A DNA stretch of 63,035 nucleotides, filler included, from Sanchytrium tribonematis (lineage: Eukaryota), in NCBI GenBank assembly GCA_018985235.1. It is 17 parts of 17 records of this genome, joined end to end, with 100 filler letters (N's around TTAATTAATTAA, not from the genome) between each part and the next. Parts side by side here need not be neighbours in the genome. Positions count along the whole stretch, not along the records: positions 1 to 17,920 come from JADGIG010000119.1; 16 more parts are not named here. One strand, written 5' to 3'. Positions 1-8,700 of this stretch are shown here, in pieces. Numbering within the stretch: position 1 is the first letter of the stretch; each line of letters begins with the position of its first letter. A program made the translations under genes and the position numbers. Below the pieces are notes generated by a model. It did no database searches, was not told the DNA's origin, and saw nothing but the letters and a program-made list of their open reading frames with translations.

Positions 1-20
1 CCTTTACCTCTACCTGACAT
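1..20 (-). CDS. Histone H4 (less likely H2A) N-terminus, runs off the window edge
   Basis: Reverse complement reads ATG TCA GGT AGA GGT AAA GG = MSGRGKG; a TATA box and CCAAT boxes lie upstream. Confidence 0.7.
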
Positions 21-42
21 GTATTTGATATGGGGGATGTTG

Positions 43-201
43 TTTATAAAGGGCAATGAGATGCATTCATTGGTTTATTAGAAGAAAAGTAAGAGTCCCA
101 TGTCTATTATTGGTTTAAATGGGTGAAATGTTTCATGAGATTTGATTGGATAGCGAAAGGTTGATTGTTGATTGGATGAATATTTTACAATGAAATATTG
201 G
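43..201 (-). promoter_or_regulatory. Histone-type promoter: TATA box plus five CCAAT boxes
   Basis: TTTATAAA at 43-50; ATTGG (CCAAT on the minus strand) at 69, 109, 145, 171 and 197, all in the orientation of the histone gene. Confidence 0.6.
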
Positions 202-335
202 AGGTTTTTTTAAAATATATTTATTATGCCGTTTGCCAAAGTTACTTCTTTACAATCGGGTTCGTTTAATGATATTTATTGTTATTCATGATTTCTCCGA
301 GATGCCACAAAAATTCTTTTGATCTCCCTGTAACG

Positions 336-1311
336 ATGCCCATTGAACTGTATTCTCCAGAGTTCTATCTCACATGCGCAACTGGTGGCGTTTTAAGTTG
401 TGGTCTTACTCATTTATTTGTCACCCCATTGGATTTAGTGAAATGTAGACTTCAGGTCAACAAAACCCGCTACAAAGGTACTTTGAATGGACTCAGCACG
501 ATTGCAAAGACAGAAGGTATTGCCGGGCTATATCGTGGAGGTCTTCCAACTGCAATTGGATATTCTCTTCAAGGTGCTTGTAAATTTGGTTTCTACGAAT
601 TCTTCAAACACTATTATTCTGAACTCGTAGGGCCAGAAAATGCTGTACAATACAGAACTTGGGTGTATTTAGCAGGTAGTGCATCGGCTGAAGTGATTGC
701 TGATGTTGCGCTCTGTCCTTTAGAAGCATTAAAAGTGAAAACTCAAACCAATGATGCTTTTCAACCAGGATTAATGAGAGGAATTAGAACTATTATGGCT
801 CAAGATGGTGTCAGTGGTTTCTTCAGAGGTCTCAGTCCATTATGGGGTAGACAAATTCCATATACGATGATGAAATTTGCTAGTTTTGAGAAAGTTGTTG
901 AAACTATTTACACAAAATTAGGTAAATCTAAAGCAGAGTACAACAAACTGCAGCAATTGGGCGTTTCATTTGTAGGTGGATATATTGCAGGTATTTTTTG
1001 TGCTGTTGTGAGTCATCCTGCAGATACTTTGGTCTCCAAAATGAATAATGCTAAAAAACAAGCTGGACAATCAGGATTACAATTGGCTTCTTCTATCTAT
1101 AAGGATATTGGATTTGGAGGATTATGGACTGGCCTTGGCACTAGAATATTCATGGTGGGTACTTTAACTGCCCTACAATGTGATTTATACTAATTTAGGG
1201 TTGATTTACGATTCGTTTAAAGTCTACACTGGATTACCAACATCCGGAGGTGTAGCACCAGTGAAAGCAGCCCCATTGGCAGTTGATGGAAAGGATGCGA
1301 AAGGACATTAA
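336..1311 (+). CDS. PIC2: Mitochondrial phosphate carrier (SLC25A3/Pic2 family); exons 336-1179, 1199-1311
   Basis: Three carrier repeats (PLDLVKCR, PLEALKVK, PADTLVSK) and RQIPYTMMKF; removing the 19-nt intron restores LQWLIYDSFKV. Confidence 0.93.
1180..1198 (+). other. 19-nt spliceosomal intron
   Basis: gtgatttatactaatttag; splicing restores the conserved LQW|LIYDSFK. Confidence 0.92.
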
Positions 1312-1359
1312 TAAATGATTTGAAATGTTTTTGAAATTTTTAGATTTTCTCCTATCAAA

Positions 1360-1740
1360 ATGCGTACTGTCGCGGGATGTGTCTGTTGGGATGAATCCAA
1401 AATTTTGATTATTACTTCCAGAAAGAATAAAAACAAGTGGGTGCTGCCAAAAGGTGGAGTAGAGAAAGAGGAAACGAGTGAAATCGCGGCTATTCGTGAA
1501 CTATATGAAGAAGCAGGGATTCGAGCAACAAAATACACTAAATTACATGAAATGAGAATGGAAAGAAAGACAGGAGAACAAAATAGTGTTTGGTATAGTT
1601 GTCAGATGAGTGAAATATTGGATGAGTGGCCAGAAAAGAATGATAGACTACGTAAATTTGTGACTGTTTTAGAGGCTGGAAATTTATTGAAAAATGATTA
1701 TTTACCAGTATTAAATGCAATCAATGATAATAAATTCTAA
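1360..1740 (+). CDS. DDP1: Nudix hydrolase, diphosphoinositol-polyphosphate diphosphatase (DIPP/Ddp1/Aps1) family
   Basis: AGCVC...ITSRK...WVLPKGGVEKEE...AAIRELYEEAG Nudix box; DEWPE..R.RK. Confidence 0.85.
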   Translation: MRTVAGCVCWDESKILIITSRKNKNKWVLPKGGVEKEETSEIAAIRELYEEAGIRATKYTKLHEMRMERKTGEQNSVWYSCQMSEILDEWPEKNDRLRKFVTVLEAGNLLKNDYLPVLNAINDNKF

Positions 1741-1752
1741 TTCATTGTCAAA

Positions 1753-2169
1753 TCATTCTTTCTCCCATGCCAAAACATCTGCAGTTCCTTTGGCTTTTAC
1801 AAAGTCACCCTCTTCTTCGTCCTCATCTTTTTTCTTCAAGTACTCTGCAAAATCAGCACGTTGTCTATATTGATGACTCACGGTCCTTCCACTAGGGTCA
1901 AAATTAGTATTTTCTTCTAAAGTAGGATCTACTTCTAATTGAACAAGCTCAATTTTTGGCTGGTTCTCATATAAAGCTTCTTTCTTCTTCAAAATGTCCA
2001 TGTACATGTCATCATCAAAATGTTTGAACGGGTCTCTCTTTTCATCGTATTTTTCTGTCTTTTTTACGGAATGAAGTACATCTTTAGCCTTTTTAATGTT
2101 CTTACTCGTTGGTTTTTCTAAACAATCTTTGGTAGAGTGTGATTTTGATTTGCAATTTTTGCATTTCAT
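1753..2169 (-). CDS. SLU7: Pre-mRNA splicing factor Slu7, strongly shortened (138 aa)
   Basis: Zinc knuckle CKNCKSKSHSTKDCLEKP, then YDEKRDPF (cf. YDGKRDRW), YRQRADFAEYL (cf. LRIREDIAKYL) and terminal LAWE (cf. FAWE), in Slu7 order. Confidence 0.8.
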   Translation of the reverse strand: MKCKNCKSKSHSTKDCLEKPTSKNIKKAKDVLHSVKKTEKYDEKRDPFKHFDDDMYMDILKKKEALYENQPKIELVQLEVDPTLEENTNFDPSGRTVSHQYRQRADFAEYLKKKDEDEEEGDFVKAKGTADVLAWEKE

Positions 2170-2202
2170 GGTTTCAGGGATATTAATCTAAAATTTACAT
2201 CA

Positions 2203-2724
2203 TTATTTATTGGTTTGCAAATATTTACGATAGACATATTGTCTCTGGACAATTAAAGCTGCTATGAACAATGTAATTCCAATGCCAATACTTGCCAGGA
2301 TTGTAGCAGTTGTTTTCCACGAATTTCGGGATGTTTCCCACTCATCTTTTTTATCCGGCTGCGCTCTAATTTTATTATCAATTGTAGAATCTACTTGTGC
2401 TCTTACTACAGCCAATTTGGTGATGGCCAATGCCAAGTAACCTAGAATTAAAACAAGAACAGCCCAGATGCTACCCAAAGCTACCTTCTCATGCTTTTTA
2501 ATCAGACTTAAGGTGCCCAATAATGCTGCTATAACTAGCATACCTCCTTTAGTCAATGAAATAGCATCAATGAAAGGTTCTACACCATCATAAATATCTA
2601 CTATTCCCCAAACTAATAATATGAAATAAAGGATACATAATCCCTGTTGAATGCTTAAGCAGCAGCATTTGGGCGGTCCCACCGTCACTTCAGGTTTCTC
2701 TTGGTCTTGAACTTGAGTATTCAT
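2203..2724 (-). CDS. Small membrane protein with about 4 TM helices
   Basis: CCCLSIQQG N-terminal motif, four hydrophobic segments, TAA next to AATAAA. Confidence 0.7.
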   Translation of the reverse strand: MNTQVQDQEKPEVTVGPPKCCCLSIQQGLCILYFILLVWGIVDIYDGVEPFIDAISLTKGGMLVIAALLGTLSLIKKHEKVALGSIWAVLVLILGYLALAITKLAVVRAQVDSTIDNKIRAQPDKKDEWETSRNSWKTTATILASIGIGITLFIAALIVQRQYVYRKYLQTNK

Positions 2725-2785
2725 ATTCAAAAAATTGTTTCAAATGTCCTTAACGTCGTCTAAATATCTATTTATTCTATATAAT

Positions 2786-3388
2786 TTAATAAGTATACAC
2801 TACGGTAGTGTTTGCGTATGATTTTGCAAATTCAATAAAAGCAGCCTTCACGTTTCCAACAACATTCATTTGGAAATTTCCAATAGGACAAACTGCGTCT
2901 TCACAATTTGGACCTGGGGTTACACCAGTCAAGGCGAAATAAGCAGGAATAGATATGTCATGAGCGCTTCCGTTATCCAAAACAATAACTTTAACAGTCT
3001 TACCGTTGAAGATCAAATCTACCAAATCAAAACAATTTCCACCTCCCTTGACCATATAGCCATTTTTTTTAGCGAATTCCCAAACCAATGTCAAATCTTT
3101 CATACCACCTTCAGAAGTTTTCACCAGATCACATCCACCATATCCTGCCTCTAATGGAGCTTCCTTGTTGTAAGTATGGTGACATGTTAGACCGCCCCCA
3201 ACCTGATTCTGACCTAGTGCTTCTATGCATTTTGCAGGTCCAGTGGATGCCACCCAACCATTTCCAGCGGGAGCAGATAAATCACTTGTTAGCTGTGTAT
3301 TTGGGGCAGGAACTGTGGAATTTACAGCAACGGTATTGTTCTCAGTCGATTGACTTTGAGGGAGAGCAGAAAGTATGCTAAATAACAT
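2786..3388 (-). CDS. Secreted double-psi beta-barrel (RlpA/expansin/barwin-like) protein
   Basis: Short signal peptide, S/T-rich linker, G.C...GGGNC...GKTVKVIVLD...HDIS.PAY.AL pattern of DPBB domains. Confidence 0.55.
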   Translation of the reverse strand: MLFSILSALPQSQSTENNTVAVNSTVPAPNTQLTSDLSAPAGNGWVASTGPAKCIEALGQNQVGGGLTCHHTYNKEAPLEAGYGGCDLVKTSEGGMKDLTLVWEFAKKNGYMVKGGGNCFDLVDLIFNGKTVKVIVLDNGSAHDISIPAYFALTGVTPGPNCEDAVCPIGNFQMNVVGNVKAAFIEFAKSYANTTVVYTY

Positions 3389-3426
3389 TGCGATTTGGTG
3401 GAGCGTGAGTCTTTTTAACTACGCAT

Positions 3427-3558
3427 TGATCACTCGCACAGATCAGATTGAGGGGTTTATCGCATCATAGGGGCACCAAAAAATGGCACAGATCATGGCC
3501 ATCATTGCAAAGATCATCAATTGATTGACAGATCACCTAGAATGTACAAATTAGATCA
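3427..3558. promoter_or_regulatory. Cluster of six GATCA motifs upstream of the DPBB gene
   Basis: GATCA occurs 6 times in about 130 bp, three of them as ACAGATCA. Confidence 0.4.
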
Positions 3559-3593
3559 ATGGAAAGAAACATAATTAAGACATTGTAAATTTA

Positions 3594-4107
3594 TTACAAA
3601 GTCCCACAGTCAGAAATGACAATTTTCTTTGATGTAGCACCACTTTGGGTACCAAAAGATTCGATTTTCTTCACAATATCCAATCCATCAATGACTTTAC
3701 CAAAAACGACATGTTTGCCATCTAACCATTCAGTTTTGACTGTCGTGATGAAGAATTGACTTCCGTTGGTGTTTGGACCAGCATTTGCCATGCTTAATTG
3801 ACCTAAATTAATTAGATTTACCTGGACCAGTGTGCTTCAACTTGAAGTTTTCATCTGCAAATCTATTTCCGTAGATAGACTTTCCACCAGTGCCATTGTG
3901 ATTCGTAAAATCACCACCTTGCAACATGAATTGTGGGATAACTCTATGAAATGAGCTTCCTTTGTAGCCAAATCCCTTTTCACCGGTACACAAGGCTTTA
4001 AAGTTCTCAGCGGTCTTAGGCACAACATCGCTGTTCAATTCCATGATAATTTTACCCAAAGGTTGTCCGTCAGCGGTCACTTGAAAAAACACACGAGGTA
4101 ATGACAT
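3594..4107 (-). CDS. CPR1: Cyclophilin A peptidyl-prolyl isomerase; exons 4107-3822, 3802-3594
   Basis: [40 protein letters not shown]; the two ORFs are joined by a 19-nt intron giving [14 protein letters not shown]. Confidence 0.96.
3803..3821 (-). other. 19-nt spliceosomal intron
   Basis: gtaaatctaattaatttag; splicing restores [14 protein letters not shown]. Confidence 0.95.
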
Positions 4108-4170
4108 CTTCTTGCAAAGAGGGGAATCTCCTTTTATTTGAATGCGAAAATTTGTTTATTTTTTTGCCAT

Positions 4171-4659
4171 TTATTGCAAAATGCATTTCTTCTTTTTTTC
4201 AGAGTATTCTGAAAGAAAATTAATTTGAACGTTATTAAATGCTCTTTTTCTGTATTTCCGAACATATTCTATGCATTCTAATGGGTCCATGCCTGCATGT
4301 ATTAGTGCTAATCCCACCAAAACTGGCGCTCTACCTATTCCAGATACGCAGTGAACTGCAATCACCTCCCCAGGTAAATCATTTATAAGTCGAAACCATT
4401 CTTGAATTTGTAATTTGTTTGGAATTCCACCATCCACAAATTTAATGTCATCGTGGATTGTTATTCCATCATCTAAATATGGCTGTACATCATAGGTGTT
4501 ATCGCATAGTCTAAAAACATGTCTAATATTAAATTCTTTTAATTTTTGAATAGTCAACGCGGAATGGGTATTATCAGGGCAATGCATGATTACAAATTTG
4601 TATAATTTAAATTCAATAATATTTGACATGGCCAATATCGCAGATAAATCTTTACTCAT
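4171..4659 (-). CDS. PTP4A: Prenylated protein tyrosine phosphatase type IVA (PRL/PTP4A family)
   Basis: FVDGGIP, HCVSGIGRAP active site, RKRAFN, polybasic tail and C-terminal CAAX CILQ. Confidence 0.85.
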   Translation of the reverse strand: MSKDLSAILAMSNIIEFKLYKFVIMHCPDNTHSALTIQKLKEFNIRHVFRLCDNTYDVQPYLDDGITIHDDIKFVDGGIPNKLQIQEWFRLINDLPGEVIAVHCVSGIGRAPVLVGLALIHAGMDPLECIEYVRKYRKRAFNNVQINFLSEYSEKKKKCILQ

Positions 4660-4691
4660 GCTTTTAAAAGTTTCAAAAATTAATTTATTTT

Positions 4692-5108
4692 TCAAAACAT
4701 CATCCATCCAAGTCTATTGCCATGGTTTCTTTGAGTACCAGTAGTGCAACCACCTGAAACTTTTAGCACACTACAATTACCACAATTTGCACATTCTTGT
4801 ACATGTGTGCAGTTACTAATATACCCTTTTTTAGTCAGAGGATCTAAATAACATTTTCCGTCAGCTACGACAGCCACAGTCACATTAAAATACTCCCACT
4901 GATATACATTTTGGCTAAAAATGGTTGTTAAGCCTGTTTCATTACATTGAACTTGAGTCACATTGGTACTACCCTCTATCTTTTTACAATCCCATGTATT
5001 GGCTTTATTACAAGTAATTGTAGGATTAAATGCCTTCCATAAATAGTAGTTGCTGCAATCTGAGCCTACTGAATATAGCATCAAAGAATAAATAAGAGTC
5101 AAAAACAT
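4692..5108 (-). CDS. Small secreted cysteine-rich protein
   Basis: Hydrophobic N-terminus, 10 Cys, several N-glycosylation sequons. Confidence 0.6.
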   Translation of the reverse strand: MFLTLIYSLMLYSVGSDCSNYYLWKAFNPTITCNKANTWDCKKIEGSTNVTQVQCNETGLTTIFSQNVYQWEYFNVTVAVVADGKCYLDPLTKKGYISNCTHVQECANCGNCSVLKVSGGCTTGTQRNHGNRLGWMMF

Positions 5109-5251
5109 TCAAAGTTGACAAACAAAGAGAATTTCACCAGGAAGAGAGACATCACTAAATCATTATTAATAACTGCAGACTTAGCATTCATTCTATTACT
5201 TGAGAACAATTTAATATTTTCTCAAGATTTTCAAAAAGCCAACTCATTAAA

Positions 5252-7273
5252 ATGAACAAACAAAATCACGCGATAAATGAATTTTATAATACACAATTAG
5301 ATTATATTCGTGATTTGGTGACTATTCAAGAGGAATTTATCAATCCAATTGTAGAGAAAAAGATTTTAAATGATAAAATGATAAATATTATTTTTTCCAA
5401 CTTGAGTGAAATATTAGAAATGGAACGGACATTGTGTCATTTACTAGAGAATTTTAAAGCTAATGACCATTTAGATATAGAAACCATTTGTAAATTAATG
5501 GTAAAACACCATTCCAAATACTTTATTTATATTTATTATGGTAGTCATAACCAATTACAATTATCGAAATTAAAAGAAATAGGCAACCACAAGCAATTCA
5601 AATCATTTCTTGAAGAGAAATATACAAGCAACATATTAAAGGGACTTGATTTGGCATCTTATTTAATAAAGCCAATTCAAAGAATATGTAAATTACCTTT
5701 ATTATTTAAAGAAATGAAAGACATTGATAGTGTAAATGTGATTAATCAAGTTATTTTTGACTATCAGAATCTAATAAATATTGTCAATGAGGCAGCCAGA
5801 AAACCAAATTCAATTATTTGGAGTATTGATTTAGATCATGAATATCAAGACCTCAAATCCGAAGATCGCGTATTACTGAGAACGATTGATTGCAAATTAT
5901 ATAAATCTCTAAAAAGAAGTACTAAATTGCTAGTATTCAACGACTTGATATACTTTAGAGATAAAGCTAATTTCTCCCTAAGTATTGAGAACATTAAAAT
6001 ATGCGATATTAGCGATAGCGAAGGAGATCGCTTAAGCGTGGTTTTAGAAGGCGACTGTCCATTACTGATCCAATTCCCTAATTCGGGTGTCAAAGCGGAT
6101 TTTTATGATGTTTTAAAAAAGATTTGCCATGTAGAAATTGAAGTCTATCCAAAAGATTTAGCTCAAAAACTTATGACAGAAACAGCCAATATCGAAAAAC
6201 CTGAGTCCACTAGACGTAAGTCATCCAGATCAAGTGTATTACCTGATGCTGAGCATTCGCAACAAACCATAAAGATGCAATTAGAAAATTATCAAATGAT
6301 GCAAGCAAAGGAGACTATCAATCGACAAGAATCACTTATTAAAGACTTAAATAACGAGGCAATTCAAAAGAGCAATTATATTAAGCAATTGGAATCTCAA
6401 TTGTATGACCGAGACAACCAATTAAGTATACTATCATCTGAAATGGAACAATGCACAATTCAAATCATGAAAGAAAAAGAAAAAGCCACATTATTAACAC
6501 AACAAATCCATTTAATAATGGATGAAAATGACACAAATTCCAAATTGATAACTACCTTTAAAAATCAAATTGAAGATTTAAAAAGCGAAAACTAGCTGTT
6601 CGCAAATGAAAATGTTAAACTAAAAGAATCAATAAAATATATGGAAATTGATGCTGCAGACATTTTAGCATCTAAAATTGATATGGAAGCCCAGCTTGCG
6701 ACTAACAAAATATCAAATGTAGATTTAAAAGTGGAAATTACACAATTAAAATGTGAAATTCAACAAATTAGAGATGAGCCACGTAAAGATTATGAAAAAC
6801 AATTAGTGGAAATGACCATGGAAATTGGAAATAAAAATAATCTAATTGTTGAAATGGAGAAAGAAATAAAGCAAAGTCATTTGAAGATTGTATATCTGAA
6901 TAATGATGTTGACATTTTAAAAAATTTGAATTTAGATCATAAAAGTTTAAAGTTGTTTCTCGAAGAGAAACTTGACTACATGCTATTAAAAGAGACTCAA
7001 TATGCCACGCACACCTCGCAACTATTGCAGCGTATTATAAATCAGAACCAGAATTTTAAAAATGAGAATAGTCTGCTTACTGCTAGTATTTCGAAATATA
7101 AAATTACTACAAATTTAATTTTGGAATGGTTCGAAATGGCACTTGGCAAAAGAAACGAAGATGATGAGTTGAAAAAACTACTTAACTTAGGATCTGAATT
7201 AGTTAATAAGTACGAAGACTTGAAAGAGGATTATGTGAATTTATTGGGCAAATTTCATCAAAATGATAAATAA
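5252..7273 (+). CDS. Rho guanine nucleotide exchange factor (DH-PH) with long coiled-coil tail; in-frame TAG at 6593-6595
   Basis: AINEFYNTQLDYIRDL, IFSNLSEI and LASYLIKPIQRICKLPLLF DH motifs; ORFs 5252-6595 and 6641-7273 share a frame with continuous coiled-coil character. Confidence 0.8.
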
Positions 7274-7419
7274 ATAATTTGTTTGATATTTGTTGTCAAA
7301 AGTGGTTTAACACCAAATAAAACATCAGAATCATTGCCATCAGAATCTTTACCACTACTGTCGTCCTTGGGCCATCCGTGTAAGGTTTTTAAAACAATTA
7401 AAAAACAATCCTATTATCG

Positions 7420-7872
7420 AAGGCACGAGTAATGGAACATCACCATACGACCGGAGTTCCAGCGAAACCTATAGAAAGAATCTACATAGATTTTGGAGGC
7501 CACAGACATTTTACCCTTCAAAGAAACTTTGAAATGATCAATTATGTCTTGATTCTTAATACCAGCAATACTGCCACATCTTTGCAAATAATTTGCATAT
7601 TCCTCTACACCCTAAGAGCCTTGTTTTAGTGCGTAAAAGTCCACAGCACAAAAATCCACTGTATATCGTGCACCCAACACCTTAACAAAACCTTCATAGC
7701 TCGCAAGTCCTGCAAGAACTCCCATCGCAGAGCTAATGTACTCCTGCTGTAAATTGTTCAGCATTTCCCGAAAATACATATGCTCCGGGACATTTAATGC
7801 ATTAACAAAATTCAAAAATTCAAAATGCCAAGTAGTAACTCCGATTCTCTGATCGAACTTATAGTCGATCAC
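7420..7872. mobile_element. Degraded LTR-retrotransposon fragments (integrase piece on +, gag piece on -)
   Basis: PAKPIERIYIDFGG resembles the integrase P..PF.RIHIDF motif; minus ORF 7612-7872 ends in a gag-like F.ALKQG. Confidence 0.45.
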
Positions 7873-8049
7873 GCGTCTTTGCGCAAAATAGGAAATAGTA
7901 TGTTTTGTGTTACCACTGGAGACTTGTAAATCACTCTTAGCTGTTTCGGTATATTTATTTTCATGAGACTTTCCTCAAGTACTGTATTCCATGTAAATAC
8001 CCACTCTTTCACGATATTACTTGATATTTGAGTAGTGCCTCCAATACAT

Positions 8050-8240
8050 ATTCTCTGATGCAAGATCATTTGTTGCCAGAGTGGAATGCTGCCAAGACTC
8101 TTTTAGACCTTTTTTTCAGCAAGACAATGCAACTTGTCCCGTAACTGGTTTAAACAAAACGGTATTGTACTAATTGACTGGCCATCTTGTGGTCCTGATC
8201 TGAACCCAATAGAAGATTTATGGGCGATTAGGAAAAGAAG
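8050..8240 (+). mobile_element. Tc1-type transposase remnant
   Basis: Frameshifted FQQDNA and WFKQNGIVLIDWPSCGPDLNPIEDLW motifs. Confidence 0.7.
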
Positions 8241-8700
8241 TCTTGGAAAAATATAAACAGTTACATAATTTCGCTCCGTTAGCCAGCCAATCAAATTTAA
8301 TGTTCTATCCAATTAACGCAATATCATTATCCAATCAACATCAACGTGATGGCCGAAAAAAAGCTTAAAGGTGGATGTGTAACAGTTTGTGTTCAAATAG
8401 ATTTAAAGTGATTGGTCAGTGAACAAATATAACAATTGAAAAAAAACATTTGTAAAAGTACGAAGTTAAGATCTGAAAAAGCAAGAGAAAAAAAATTTTT
8501 TAAAGACGTTTTGAATAACGTGCAAAATCAAATATCTGATGACTCGTTAAAAACTAATAGATATATTAAAGGTGAATGTTCAAGACTTTGATCAACAACA
8601 ATCAAGTGAATATAGTGTAATCAATAGTGACAATGATTGGATTATCCACGTGTGTAAGAATTGGAATTAGAATCAATAAATATGGACACTCAAAATTAAA

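Noticed and set aside
2188..2198. 11-nt GT-AG segment upstream of SLU7
   Set aside because: Too short, and joining it to the nearby ATG is out of frame with Slu7
8360..8700. Possible PPT plus TGTAACA LTR start upstream of gypsy gag
   Set aside because: No second LTR copy or primer binding site could be verified in the window
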